Of a stretch of 37,084 bases of DNA, positions 25,422 through 34,734 are shown one piece after another. Numbering within the stretch: position 1 is the first letter of the stretch; every line of letters begins with the position of its first letter. Source of the stretch: a virus (taxonomy: Duplodnaviria; Caudoviricetes). The DNA is taken from the IMG/VR virus record IMGVR_UViG_3300032225_000155, positions 1-37,084 of that record. The stretch is one strand, 5' to 3'. The notes beneath the pieces are model-generated. The model made no database searches. It worked only from the letters and a program-made list of their open reading frames with translations, and was not told where the DNA came from. A program made the translations under genes and the position numbers.

Positions 25422-27955
25422 GGTATTTTAATTGCTCCCATGCCAACACCACAAGGGCTATTTCTTACTGTTCTCCAAGTGGTTAATGCACCAACTTGTA
25501 CTGGAGAAGAATAATTTGTAGTGTTACCTAAGCCTAGCTGACCATAATCATTTCTACCCCATGACCATAATGTGTTATCTGCTTTAAGAACAACTGCTGT
25601 ATTATCTCCTATTGATGCTTTTGAATTTAACCAATTAGTTAACGCACCTAGTTGAACTGGAGAATTGTAAGAAGTAGTATTTCCTAGCCCTAATCCACCC
25701 TGACTGCCATTACCCCAAACCCAAGCCGTTCCGTCAGTTTTAGTAGCAAAAGCAGTATTAGGTGCAGAAAAGCTACCATTGCCTTGCCATACATTTGACC
25801 AGTTTGTATCAGAGCCGATTTGAACAGGTGAAGAATAGTTGGTAGCGTTTCCAGTTCCAAGAACTGAATCAACATTTCCACCCCATCCCCATAAAGTTCC
25901 ATCAGTTTTAATTGCTTGCATTACTTGGTCAGCAGTATCGGTTTTTTTAGCAATAGTAATTATTTTCCAATTTGTACCTGAGCCAACCTGAACAGGAGAG
26001 GAACGATTTGTAGTATCCCCTAATCCTAGCTGACCTCCGTTATTTTGCCCCCATACCCACAAGGTTCCGTCAGTTTTAATAGCCCCAAAAAACAATCCAC
26101 CACCACTAACTGTTTTCCAATTAGTTAAAGCACCAACTTGAACAGGGGAATTATTAGTGGCATTACCCGCTAAAGACCCAAACGAATTCTTTCCCCATAC
26201 CCATAATGTGCCGTCAGTTTTTACTGCCGCAGTAGCTTGTGTTGTACTTACACCGCCACCAGCAACAACTGACCAATCAGTTAAAGTTCCAACTTGAGTT
26301 GGAGAGGAACGGTCAGTAAAGTCACCAAGACCTAAAGAACCTCCAAAATAAGCATTACCAACGAAACCATTGCTACCCCAAGCCCACAATTGACCTGTGC
26401 TAGTAATGCCAAACATATTTTGATAGCCACCAGATAGTTTGGTCCAAGTTGTTAAAGAACCTACTTGAACTGGGGATGAACGATTTGCGGTACTGCCTGA
26501 GCCTAATTGACCAAGCCTGCCACGACCCCAAGTCCAAAGTTGACCGCCAGCAAAAGCGGTTACCGTAGCTGTATTAGCGGAGTTAGCGGATGCTGAACCA
26601 AAACTATTTATACCTGTTACTACGCAGCGCAACGTGGAACCAATATCCGCAGGAACAACAAAATAAGTGTTAGATGTTGCACCGCTAATGTCGCTAGTGC
26701 CTCGTTGCCACTGGAATGTAAAGCTAGATGGGAAATTGCTCCATGTTCCGTAACTAGAAGTTAATGTCTGCCCATCTTCTGCTGTTCCTGAAACGACAGG
26801 TACTGTTAAATTAACTGGCGCAGAAGTTTCTACTCCTTGTGTGGCTTCAGCATTGTTAGTACCACCAGCTACTTTTAACCAAGTAGTTAATGTTCCAACT
26901 TGAACAGGAGAATTGCGGTTAATCAAATCATTTAAACCTAATTGACCGTAATTTGAATTTAAACCCCAAGCCCACAATGTGCCATCATTTTTTATACAAA
27001 AAGAAAAATTATCACCAGCCGCAGGTGTTACCCAACTAGTCAAAGCACCAATTTGAACAGGAGAAGAACGAGCATATACAGCACCCAGACCTAATGCACC
27101 ATAACCAGACCGACCCCATGCCCACAATGTGCCATCTGTTTTGACACACAAAGCATGAGTTCTACCAGCGGCAGGAGTTGCCCAATTAGTTAATGAACCA
27201 ATTTGTTTTGGTGAAGAATAATTGGTTGTATTTCCAAGACCTAATGCCCCAATATAATAATTATATCCCCAAGACCAAAGTGTTCCGTCTGTTTTAGTGC
27301 ATAAAGAAAAATTATTATTATTGTTTCGTCTTATGCTGGCAGCAGGTTTTGCCCAATCAGTTAATGCACCAACTTGTACTGGAGAAGAATAATTTGTACG
27401 GTTACCTAAGCCTAGCTGACCAAGACCGTTATAACCCCACGAAAAAAGTTTACCGTTGTCAACCGCCAACATACATCTAACGCCAGCAGAAACTTCTGTC
27501 CAAGTTGTTGATGAACCTAATTGTACGGGTGAACGAAGGGTAGTTGTATTTCCTTGACCATTTGCGCCGTAGCCACCTTCACCCCAAACCCATAGCGTTT
27601 TATCAGTTTTAATGCACGCAGAATTGTAACAACCAGCGCTTGGTTTTTCCCAATTAGTTAATGACCCAATTTGTTTTGGAGAAGAATAATTGGTTGTATT
27701 TCCAAGACCTAAATTACCGTTAAAGCCAAAACCCCAAGACCAAAGAGTTCCGTTTGTTTTAGTGGACAAAGTAAAAAAAGCACCAGCATCGGGGGTTGCC
27801 CAAGTAGTTAAGGCTCCAACTTGGACAGGTGATGATCTATTAGTAATATTCCCTAATCCTAATTCACCTTTAGTGTTGCCACCCCAACTAAATAATTTAA
27901 ATTGTGCAGCAACCGCACTAACTTTAGCGAATAAAAAATTCCTAGAACCAAACAT
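25418..27955 (-). CDS. RCC1/BLIP-II repeat protein: 7 blades + Ig-like domain + 7 blades
   Basis: 14 repeats of KTDGTLWxWGxNxxGxLGLGxTTNxSSPVQVGxLTxW; central APVNLTVPVVSG..FTFQWQR..TYFVVPADIGSTLRCVVT Ig-like domain (~26570-26822). Confidence 0.9.
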   Translation of the reverse strand: MFGSRNFLFAKVSAVAAQFKLFSWGGNTKGELGLGNITNRSSPVQVGALTTWATPDAGAFFTLSTKTNGTLWSWGFGFNGNLGLGNTTNYSSPKQIGSLTNWEKPSAGCYNSACIKTDKTLWVWGEGGYGANGQGNTTTLRSPVQLGSSTTWTEVSAGVRCMLAVDNGKLFSWGYNGLGQLGLGNRTNYSSPVQVGALTDWAKPAASIRRNNNNNFSLCTKTDGTLWSWGYNYYIGALGLGNTTNYSSPKQIGSLTNWATPAAGRTHALCVKTDGTLWAWGRSGYGALGLGAVYARSSPVQIGALTSWVTPAAGDNFSFCIKNDGTLWAWGLNSNYGQLGLNDLINRNSPVQVGTLTTWLKVAGGTNNAEATQGVETSAPVNLTVPVVSGTAEDGQTLTSSYGTWSNFPSSFTFQWQRGTSDISGATSNTYFVVPADIGSTLRCVVTGINSFGSASANSANTATVTAFAGGQLWTWGRGRLGQLGSGSTANRSSPVQVGSLTTWTKLSGGYQNMFGITSTGQLWAWGSNGFVGNAYFGGSLGLGDFTDRSSPTQVGTLTDWSVVAGGGVSTTQATAAVKTDGTLWVWGKNSFGSLAGNATNNSPVQVGALTNWKTVSGGGLFFGAIKTDGTLWVWGQNNGGQLGLGDTTNRSSPVQVGSGTNWKIITIAKKTDTADQVMQAIKTDGTLWGWGGNVDSVLGTGNATNYSSPVQIGSDTNWSNVWQGNGSFSAPNTAFATKTDGTAWVWGNGSQGGLGLGNTTSYNSPVQLGALTNWLNSKASIGDNTAVVLKADNTLWSWGRNDYGQLGLGNTTNYSSPVQVGALTTWRTVRNSPCGVGMGAIKIP
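25482..27422. repeat. 63-bp direct repeat pair (25482-25544 and 27360-27422)
   Basis: GTTAATGCACCAACTTGTACTGGAGAAGAATAATTTGTA(GT/CG)GTTACCTAAGCCTAGCTGACCA, 2 mismatches. Confidence 0.9.
27181..27712. repeat. 64-bp direct repeat pair (27181-27244 and 27649-27712)
   Basis: CCCAATTAGTTAATGA(A/C)CCAATTTGTTTTGG(T/A)GAAGAATAATTGGTTGTATTTCCAAGACCTAA, 2 synonymous mismatches. Confidence 0.9.
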
Positions 27956-27966
27956 TATCTGATTCC

Positions 27967-29322
27967 CTAAGAGAAGTTTTGGATAGCGCTACCATACCAA
28001 ACAGAACCAACTGATATAAAGCTAATTATATCTACTGCTGATGCTGTTGCTGTGATTGTAGGTGCTGTACCGCCAGTCCATTTTACGCCTGTAAATGTTG
28101 CTGTTGTCATGCCTGTAGCTGCTTGAGTAAGCCTTAGAATAAATGATGTACCAGCCGTTGCGGTTGGCATTGTAAAAGTGCAAGGTGTAGAAGCGGTCAA
28201 TGTTGCAGTTTGCACTGTACCACTAGCCAAAGATAGAGTAGCAGTAGAACCTACAGTACCAATTGCTACTACTGATTCTGTGTAGCCTGTTATAGTTGGT
28301 GTAGTTAAAGTTGGTGATGTACTTAATACTACTGATGTAGATCCTGTAGAAGAGGTAACTCCAGTACCACCAGCCGCAACAGGTAATGTGCCAGCAGCTA
28401 AAGCGGATGATGATGTTGAATAAAGAGCGTTGTTGGCTGCACTAAATGTAGTTAGTCCAGTACCGCCATAACCAGAAGCGATAGTTGTACCATTCCAAAC
28501 TGCACTAGAAATGGCAGCATTATTAAAAGTTGCGGTAGTGTTATTAAAATCATATGAGCCGGGTAAGAAAGAATATATACCAAACGTACCCGCAGAAGTT
28601 GCAATGCTGGTTGCGCCTAACTGAGTAACACCACCAGACGGAATAGTTTCAATTACAGTACTAGCATTGTTTGTAATTGTTAAAGCACCAGAAGAATTAT
28701 TTACAAATAGAAAACTTTGCCCAAGCTGTAATGTTGTAGCATTAGGCATTTGAAAAGTATGTGTAGTAGACCCTGTTAATATTTGATTTCTTGTAGAAGC
28801 TACAGTTAAAACTGTTGTGCCAGCCGAAGCTGTGGTTGCGGTAAAACCCGCTATGTAGTTATTAAAACTAATGTTTTGGCTAGCATCTCTTAATACAACA
28901 GAACTAGCGCCAGTAGAGGCTGTTACACCTGTACCACCATAAGCAACAGGGATTGTTGTCCCGTTCCAAACACCAGAAGAAACTGTACCTAATGCGCTAA
29001 CGTTTCCAGAAGCATCAAGGTTTACAGACTTTCCAGAAGGATAAGTAACAAATACAGTAACCGTACCACTAAATGTAACTGCAGAGCCTGAGTTACTAGA
29101 AGATAAAATTGTTGTGCGAGTTAAAGTTGGGCCTGTAGTTGAATACGTGCCAATACCTACTTCCCAATTTCCAGAAGTATCTGTAGCTCCATAATAAGTA
29201 GTGTTGCCGTTACCAACAACGGAGAAAGACTGATACCCTGTAACACTTCCGCTTAAAGTAAAACTTACGGTTGTATTAGCAGTACCAGTCTGTTGAACAC
29301 GGTCATACAGCGCCAGAGCCAT
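27967..29322 (-). CDS. Ser/Thr-rich fibre/structural protein
   Basis: DRVQQT..WEVGIGTY..LTRTTILSSSNSG..VFVTYP N-domain, three (I/L)xxxxGGTGxT repeats, C-terminal VKWTGGTAPT..VDIISF..WYG domain. Confidence 0.75.
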   Translation of the reverse strand: MALALYDRVQQTGTANTTVSFTLSGSVTGYQSFSVVGNGNTTYYGATDTSGNWEVGIGTYSTTGPTLTRTTILSSSNSGSAVTFSGTVTVFVTYPSGKSVNLDASGNVSALGTVSSGVWNGTTIPVAYGGTGVTASTGASSVVLRDASQNISFNNYIAGFTATTASAGTTVLTVASTRNQILTGSTTHTFQMPNATTLQLGQSFLFVNNSSGALTITNNASTVIETIPSGGVTQLGATSIATSAGTFGIYSFLPGSYDFNNTTATFNNAAISSAVWNGTTIASGYGGTGLTTFSAANNALYSTSSSALAAGTLPVAAGGTGVTSSTGSTSVVLSTSPTLTTPTITGYTESVVAIGTVGSTATLSLASGTVQTATLTASTPCTFTMPTATAGTSFILRLTQAATGMTTATFTGVKWTGGTAPTITATASAVDIISFISVGSVWYGSAIQNFS

Positions 29323-29332
29323 TTAGGACTCC

Positions 29333-29944
29333 TTAACTAGTAGCAGTTGTGCTGTAAGTAACGCTTACTGTGTCGCCAGCAGTTGTAGCTTTAGCTGTAG
29401 TGAAGTTACCTTCAGAATACAAAGTACCAGCTGTAGAGCTTTGTGTACTAACAGCGCCAGATCCAGTAACCAAGAAACAACCATAAACAGTACCACCAGC
29501 ACCAGTAATAGTGTAAGTAATAGCAGTTGCAGATGAAGTTGTTACGTTAGAAGGTGTAGAACCAGATGAAGTAGACGCAGCAAACACAGCAGTACCACGA
29601 ACTGCAGAACCACCAACTGTGTAGTTAGTAAATTCAGCGGCATTAGTAGTAACCAATGTAGTCATTGTGTCCGTTGCTGCTGGAGTCAAACTAACTTTTG
29701 TCAAACCTAAAAATGGCCCAACTGTAGTGTATGTACTAGATGTGCGTAATAAAGTATCAAGCATTAACTGTTTACCAGCCGCTACGACTAAGTTAGGAAA
29801 CTCTTCAGTCCACTTTAAATTACCCTGAGCATCACGGCACTCAACGTGATAAAAACCATCAACGCCAAGAATTTCGTTTGACCCAGCGTTTGCTTGTAAT
29901 GTTGCTACAGCATGATCGCCACAGCTTGCTAATTCTTTTTGCAT
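29333..29944 (-). CDS. Virion structural protein
   Basis: YHVECRDAQGNLKWTEEFPNLVV, GTVYGCFL, GTLYS, GDTVSVTY; Thr-rich beta protein in structural context. Confidence 0.65.
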   Translation of the reverse strand: MQKELASCGDHAVATLQANAGSNEILGVDGFYHVECRDAQGNLKWTEEFPNLVVAAGKQLMLDTLLRTSSTYTTVGPFLGLTKVSLTPAATDTMTTLVTTNAAEFTNYTVGGSAVRGTAVFAASTSSGSTPSNVTTSSATAITYTITGAGGTVYGCFLVTGSGAVSTQSSTAGTLYSEGNFTTAKATTAGDTVSVTYSTTATS

Positions 29945-29953
29945 AAAAACTCC

Positions 29954-30379
29954 TTAATTAGAAAAACGAATAATAGCATTTGAAGCATTATCCGTGGGAA
30001 ACGTTATTGTAAAACTTGTTGTGGGGGTTTTGTCCGCCCCAAAATCTAAAACCGCCACTGCTGCATTAGTCGTACTATTATAAATTAAAGCACCCCTAAC
30101 CGTAAAGGAGGCCGGATTCCAAATTACTGTATTGAATGACAAATATGCCGTATAGTCATCAACCTGTGGGGGTATAACCGTTAAAGTCTTGCCACCTGCC
30201 GTATATCCAGTGCCTACTACTTCGCCTGTAGTTGTATAAGCTAAAGTTGATTGGTTTAAGTTGGCATTAGCGGTATATAAGGCAATTTTATAGGTATACG
30301 GGGTTCCAACCGCAAAGTTCTCTAAAGCACTTAAACAGTTTTTCTTGAAGATTGTGCATTGACCTTGGGCAATTGTCAT
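29954..30379 (-). CDS. Virion structural protein
   Basis: YKIALYT, GEVVGTGYTAGG, RGALIYN..AVAVLDFGADK, FTITFP motifs. Confidence 0.7.
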   Translation of the reverse strand: MTIAQGQCTIFKKNCLSALENFAVGTPYTYKIALYTANANLNQSTLAYTTTGEVVGTGYTAGGKTLTVIPPQVDDYTAYLSFNTVIWNPASFTVRGALIYNSTTNAAVAVLDFGADKTPTTSFTITFPTDNASNAIIRFSN

Positions 30380-31299
30380 GGTTTAACCTGTCCAATTCTG
30401 TATTGTCCGTCTCTGTAAGCATCGCCGCGCTCAAGACCAGAACCAAGGCGGTTCAATTGACTCATAGCCTCGGTGTATTTTTCTTCGTAGTATTTAACTA
30501 GATCAGCCTCACCTTTCATAAACAGCATGGCTTCCCGCATTGCACCATAAAACAAGACTGGGTCGTAGTTATCACCAAGCCAACTAGTGCCTGCAGTGTT
30601 ATTAACTCCATTTAGAACAACAGAAAAACCAGAACCAGAACCACCAATATTTGCATTAGAACAAGATAATTGGTCGCCGGCAACATAGAAGTTTCCGTTA
30701 TTTTTAATTGTTACGGCAGTTACTGTCTGTCCAGAAACGGTTATATTTGCAGTTGCACCAGAACCTGACCCGCCTGTTAAAGGCACATTGGTGTAGTTTC
30801 CATTGGTATATAAAGAGCCTCCAGTGATGGCACCAATGCTAGAAATAGCTCCTTGGACAATGGATACTGGATAGTAAAAATAATGCAGTTCTACAGAATA
30901 TCCGCTATCTGGAGTCGGTCCTACAATAAAAGATAGCTCATTGGCATTACTATACTGAGAACCAAACAAAGCATAATACCTAGGAAATCCAGTAGATGTT
31001 GGCGTTGGATAAGCCTCACGAATAAAGTTTACGTCTTTGTTGAGTAAATAAGAATATGCTCCAGTAGTACCGTCAATAACCGCTAGTGAATAGGTGGACA
31101 AATAATCATCGGGGCAAGATAAGTAATTATTACTAGACGTAAGTGTACCCATCACATTTTTGCGTAACGATGGGATTTGGACTGAATTGTATATACGGTC
31201 TTCCGCCTCTTGGACAAACCGAGAAATGTTCCCTACGAATAAAGACTCTGTATTCTCAGAATAGTCCTGTATTGCTTGGTACAGTTGTACGTAGTTCAT
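30376..31299 (-). CDS. Head-tail adaptor / tail tubular A-like protein with beta insert
   Basis: MNYVQLYQAIQDY..FVQEAEDRI, G.PRYYA, GPTPD..YSVELHY, WLGDNY..LFYGAMREA; Gly/Thr-rich insert before the final helices. Confidence 0.65.
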   Translation of the reverse strand: MNYVQLYQAIQDYSENTESLFVGNISRFVQEAEDRIYNSVQIPSLRKNVMGTLTSSNNYLSCPDDYLSTYSLAVIDGTTGAYSYLLNKDVNFIREAYPTPTSTGFPRYYALFGSQYSNANELSFIVGPTPDSGYSVELHYFYYPVSIVQGAISSIGAITGGSLYTNGNYTNVPLTGGSGSGATANITVSGQTVTAVTIKNNGNFYVAGDQLSCSNANIGGSGSGFSVVLNGVNNTAGTSWLGDNYDPVLFYGAMREAMLFMKGEADLVKYYEEKYTEAMSQLNRLGSGLERGDAYRDGQYRIGQVKP

Positions 31300-31313
31300 T
31301 CGGGTTTACCCTA

Positions 31314-31574
31314 CTAGCCCATTGGCCCACGAGATGTAAAGCCTTTAGTTGCAGCGCCTGATCCACGTTGTTTCATGCCGTCAGTTTTTACTACATCATT
31401 TTGGCTTTTAAAAGTTCCAGCTACAGACATTTTAATTTGATCTACGCCGTTGCCGGGCTTAGTAACACAATCTTTAACTGAAGTCATAACTTTTCCATCC
31501 ATAGTGTGCGGTGCAGCATATACGGCAGCGGAGCCTACTTCTTTGCCGCCTTGTTTCATAGAAAATTTAGCCAT
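31314..31574 (-). CDS. Small basic protein
   Basis: Tightly packed ORF; MKQGG motif, C-terminal RGSGAATKG..RGPMG. Confidence 0.75.
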   Translation of the reverse strand: MAKFSMKQGGKEVGSAAVYAAPHTMDGKVMTSVKDCVTKPGNGVDQIKMSVAGTFKSQNDVVKTDGMKQRGSGAATKGFTSRGPMG

Positions 31575-31576
31575 GA

Positions 31577-31765
31577 TTATCTACCCCTTTGAGCAGCACA
31601 CTTAGCCAAGTTGCGTCCCATAGCTTTCATATTAGCGTTAGTCTTACCAACAGTGTGCTTGATCGGACCATTCATTGTTTTAGCTGTAGGGCCTGAATCA
31701 CCTAAGTTTTTACCTATAGTTTTTCCTTTGGACTCAATGCCATTGGCGCCTTTTTTAAATGTCAT
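31577..31765 (-). CDS. Small basic protein with tag-like motif ANGIESKGKT
   Basis: AGGAG SD; Lys-rich; MKAMGRNLAK C-terminus. Confidence 0.75.
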   Translation of the reverse strand: MTFKKGANGIESKGKTIGKNLGDSGPTAKTMNGPIKHTVGKTNANMKAMGRNLAKCAAQRGR

Positions 31766-31774
31766 AATTTACTC

Positions 31775-32203
31775 CTAATTAACTGTTAATGTTACTGTAC
31801 CTACTTGCCCTATTGCAATCAAGTAATTTGGCGTTAAAACCGTGTCAAAACTACTTGCACCACCTACTGGAGCCCAACCCCACTGATACACCCTGCTACC
31901 TTCAGCTTGGTATCCGTTTTGGTCTATATCCACTCCGTTACCATATTGGGTTTGTAAGCCCGTCTGTCCTGATGCGTAATAACTGTTATCTGGCCTTGGT
32001 TCCCGCACTGCCTGTGGGTCATTGACCGGATACATCCCTAATTGTAGCTGAGGTTGGTCTGGTTCCCAACACTCAGGGCATACTTTAATGCTGACCTGCT
32101 TGGTCTTAATGGTGAGCTTTTTGAGCTCTACTAGTTTATATCGTTGCCCACATCGGTCACATTCCGCAATAGCGTACTTACCAGAACTATACTGACTAGG
32201 CAC
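31775..32203 (-). CDS. CxxC...CxxC zinc-ribbon protein (head-completion region)
   Basis: ECDRCG..VCPECWE, PQLQLG, DPQAVREPRPD; GTG start nested in the upstream gene's tail. Confidence 0.75.
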   Translation of the reverse strand: MPSQYSSGKYAIAECDRCGQRYKLVELKKLTIKTKQVSIKVCPECWEPDQPQLQLGMYPVNDPQAVREPRPDNSYYASGQTGLQTQYGNGVDIDQNGYQAEGSRVYQWGWAPVGGASSFDTVLTPNYLIAIGQVGTVTLTVN

Positions 32204-32624
32204 GGGTTTTACCCCTTATACAACAACCATCCGCACGTTCTGATGCTGATTTAACTTTACCGCCTTTTTTATATCCTTTAGCTTTACCAGCTTCTAATGC
32301 TTGTTTTTCTTCGTCATCCATAATTTCATGAATTTCTTCAGAACGTCTATTTAACTCTTTTGCAGAATTATAAATGGGCCATTTGCCTTTATTAATTTCA
32401 CTACGAAAATACTCTTTTGCTGTATCTTCATCTCTAATTTTACCCGCAATATATCCCGGAATAGATGCAAATTTACCTTTATGTGGGCCAGATTCCATTT
32501 CAACGCCAGTACTGTATACAGTAACGGGGCGGCCTTTTTCATCTCTACCAACATTATTAAAAGTAACATTATCCCTATGATACTGAACTATGTTTTTTTC
32601 TTGAGGTGTTAAATCTTTAGGCAT
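32196..32624 (-). CDS. Hypothetical protein with shared C-terminal tag (copy 1)
   Basis: About 115-aa unique region followed by YKKGGKVKSASERADGCCIRGKTRA; GAGG SD. Confidence 0.8.
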   Translation of the reverse strand: MPKDLTPQEKNIVQYHRDNVTFNNVGRDEKGRPVTVYSTGVEMESGPHKGKFASIPGYIAGKIRDEDTAKEYFRSEINKGKWPIYNSAKELNRRSEEIHEIMDDEEKQALEAGKAKGYKKGGKVKSASERADGCCIRGKTRA

Positions 32625-32626
32625 GA

Positions 32627-33583
32627 TTACCTCGCATAAAACAAATTACGCGGAACAAATCTCAGTGGAGCAGTTTCTCTATCTTCTTGGGATGCTAAGG
32701 TAAACTGTTCTTCATAGTCCGCCTTTAATCCCATAACTCTTTGTAAGTCCATATTAGGCAACTTAACGCTTAACATATAAGATAATCCCGCTACAAAACA
32801 ATTAATAAAGCGGAATGGAATATCTTGAATATTGACACCATCTCCAGCATCTTGCAGCCTACGCATACGCCAGTAAATTAACATATATGGTCCACCGCCA
32901 GCATCAGGAGTAGGCCAGACGTTTACACAAGGCAAGTTTTGGATATATACAGAGGCGCCAGCAGCATGAGTTGTTGCTGTAGTTCCATTTTGTCCGCGCC
33001 AGCAGTTTAATAACTGATTTGTAGACGTATTAATATTGGTGTATCCAATGGTTTCATTATCAATTTTTACGAATCCGGTAGAGCCTAAGCCGGCTACACT
33101 GGTTAAATTAATAGTTGTATCCGTAACTGATACCGATGGAGTAGTTGTGCCGGCGGCAACAGTGGTAGTTGCAAGGCCATTAGTCTGGGCAGTTTGGCGG
33201 TTATACCATACCTGAATTGGGCGACCAGTGGTTAGTTTATTAGGTATAGTAGAGTAAGTAGACTCAGATATACGAGACAAATTAATGTCAGTTTGGTTAG
33301 ATGTACTTGCATTGCTTGTCCGTGTGACTAAATCTAAAATATCAATTGTATCAGCTGGAACAGGATAAACACCCTGATTAGTAACCAGAGGGATTATGCA
33401 CTCTTCAATAGTCCAAAGGTTAATACCACGGTTAGCCCACTCAATGGTCATAAGATTGATAGAGCGCCTTGCAGTACGCATATCATATCCAGAACGTAAC
33501 TGCGAGCCACAACGCTCAAAGGCTTCTTCAATAAGCTCAGAGAGGTCTAGGTTAAACGTAGTTTGTCCGGATGTAACAGCCAT
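32627..33583 (-). CDS. Head-tail connector / tail tubular A-like protein with beta insert
   Basis: LIEEAFERCG..ARRSINLM..EWANRG.NLW, YSTIPNK..GRP, VWPTPD, DIPFRF..GLSY.L; insert ..VKIDNETIGYT..RGQNGTTATTH... Confidence 0.65.
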   Translation of the reverse strand: MAVTSGQTTFNLDLSELIEEAFERCGSQLRSGYDMRTARRSINLMTIEWANRGINLWTIEECIIPLVTNQGVYPVPADTIDILDLVTRTSNASTSNQTDINLSRISESTYSTIPNKLTTGRPIQVWYNRQTAQTNGLATTTVAAGTTTPSVSVTDTTINLTSVAGLGSTGFVKIDNETIGYTNINTSTNQLLNCWRGQNGTTATTHAAGASVYIQNLPCVNVWPTPDAGGGPYMLIYWRMRRLQDAGDGVNIQDIPFRFINCFVAGLSYMLSVKLPNMDLQRVMGLKADYEEQFTLASQEDRETAPLRFVPRNLFYAR

Positions 33584-33780
33584 TATTTATTCGCTTTTAA
33601 TATTGATATTTCTTCGCGTAATTTCTTTATTTCTGCATCACGTTCATCTAATTTGCGTATTAGACTAAAGTTTGTATCTGCCCACATTCCCATATCTATA
33701 GTGCGTTCTTTGTGGTCGTCTAACATCATTTTGTACAACCGCTCAGATGCTTCAATCTGGGTTTGTATAAAGTCTTTCAC
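33583..33780 (-). CDS. Small coiled-coil hypothetical protein
   Basis: Coupled at both ends (4-nt and 1-nt overlaps); heptad C-terminus. Confidence 0.7.
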   Translation of the reverse strand: MKDFIQTQIEASERLYKMMLDDHKERTIDMGMWADTNFSLIRKLDERDAEIKKLREEISILKANK

Positions 33781-33959
33781 TTTTTCTTAAGTCCTTTTAG
33801 GGTTTCAGCTAATCTAGCTCTTTGGCCCATTTTTCCGGGTTTCTTTGCCGCTGCTGCTAATTTCTTAGCTGGGATCTTTTCCCCAGATTTAACACCTAAC
33901 TCTTTGCGCAATGCGCCGGGTTTTTTAATTGCACTAGCAATCCAATTTTTAGTAGCCAT
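33777..33959 (-). CDS. Small highly basic protein
   Basis: NWIASAIKKPGALRKELGV..RARLAETLK; coupled ORF. Confidence 0.8.
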   Translation of the reverse strand: MATKNWIASAIKKPGALRKELGVKSGEKIPAKKLAAAAKKPGKMGQRARLAETLKGLKKK

Positions 33960-34393
33960 TATTTTTTCTTTGCAGTTTTAGCGGACTTAATAAAATCCTC
34001 TTTAGTAGGCGCGCCTTTAGAACCAACTTTACGCATTCTTTCACCAGAGCCAGCTGCAATACGTGCTTGCTTTTTATGAATATTTTCGTAAAGTCCACCA
34101 GAAGCCATTTTTTTAGGTTTTTTTCCATTTTCTTTCATAGATATTGCAGTGGCTGCTTGTTGGGCAGCTCCTCCTTTAGCAAATAAATCAGACGCTTTTA
34201 AAGACCCCGGTTTTGCAAGTAATTTTCTAACTACAGCAGACGGGGTTCCGGCTTTACTAACTGTAACATTACCACCAATTCTACCGCCTCTTGCGTAAAC
34301 TTCTACGTCTTGCGGATCATCTTTACGTTGAATAATTTTTTTGCCCGGCATTTTGCTAGGTTTAATATCGCCCATTCCACGACTTGCTCTCAT
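33959..34393 (-). CDS. Basic modular protein with YARGG/FAKGG/MASGG junctions
   Basis: ATG overlaps the upstream TGA; four short segments separated by xAxGG. Confidence 0.8.
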   Translation of the reverse strand: MRASRGMGDIKPSKMPGKKIIQRKDDPQDVEVYARGGRIGGNVTVSKAGTPSAVVRKLLAKPGSLKASDLFAKGGAAQQAATAISMKENGKKPKKMASGGLYENIHKKQARIAAGSGERMRKVGSKGAPTKEDFIKSAKTAKKK

Positions 34394-34734
34394 GCTCTTG
34401 TCTTTCCTCTAATGCAGCAACCGTCTGCTCTGGCTGATGCTGATTTAACTTTACCACCCTTTGAGTAGTTTTTAGTAATATCACGGTTCATTTTGCCTGT
34501 ACCCATGCCGCCGCCACCTACGCCACCAACTCTGGTATTTGCTTCTACTTTTTTAAACTCATTACGAGAGGCGCGTTCTTCCTTGCCTTGATCAATATAC
34601 TTTTGAAGGCGTTCTGCAAAGTCCTTTTGAGTTGCTGGATCCGCATTAGGCATACCACGCTTTATGCGCTCTGCAGTTGATTTACCATCTCCTGTAGGGT
34701 CCATTGGATCAATTGGATTAATTGCATTAGGCAC
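34390..34734 (-). CDS. Hypothetical protein with shared C-terminal tag (copy 2)
   Basis: Start revised from 34767 to GTG at 34734 (MPNAINP..), preceded by AGAGGA SD inside the upstream gene; ends YSKGGKVKSASARADGCCIRGKTRA. Confidence 0.8.
   Translation of the reverse strand: MPNAINPIDPMDPTGDGKSTAERIKRGMPNADPATQKDFAERLQKYIDQGKEERASRNEFKKVEANTRVGGVGGGGMGTGKMNRDITKNYSKGGKVKSASARADGCCIRGKTRA

Noticed and set aside
25418-27955. Diversity-generating retroelement (TR/VR pair) suggested by near-identical repeats
   Set aside because: Both copies of each pair are in-frame coding blades, the few mismatches are not consistently adenine-specific, and there is no reverse transcriptase in the window.
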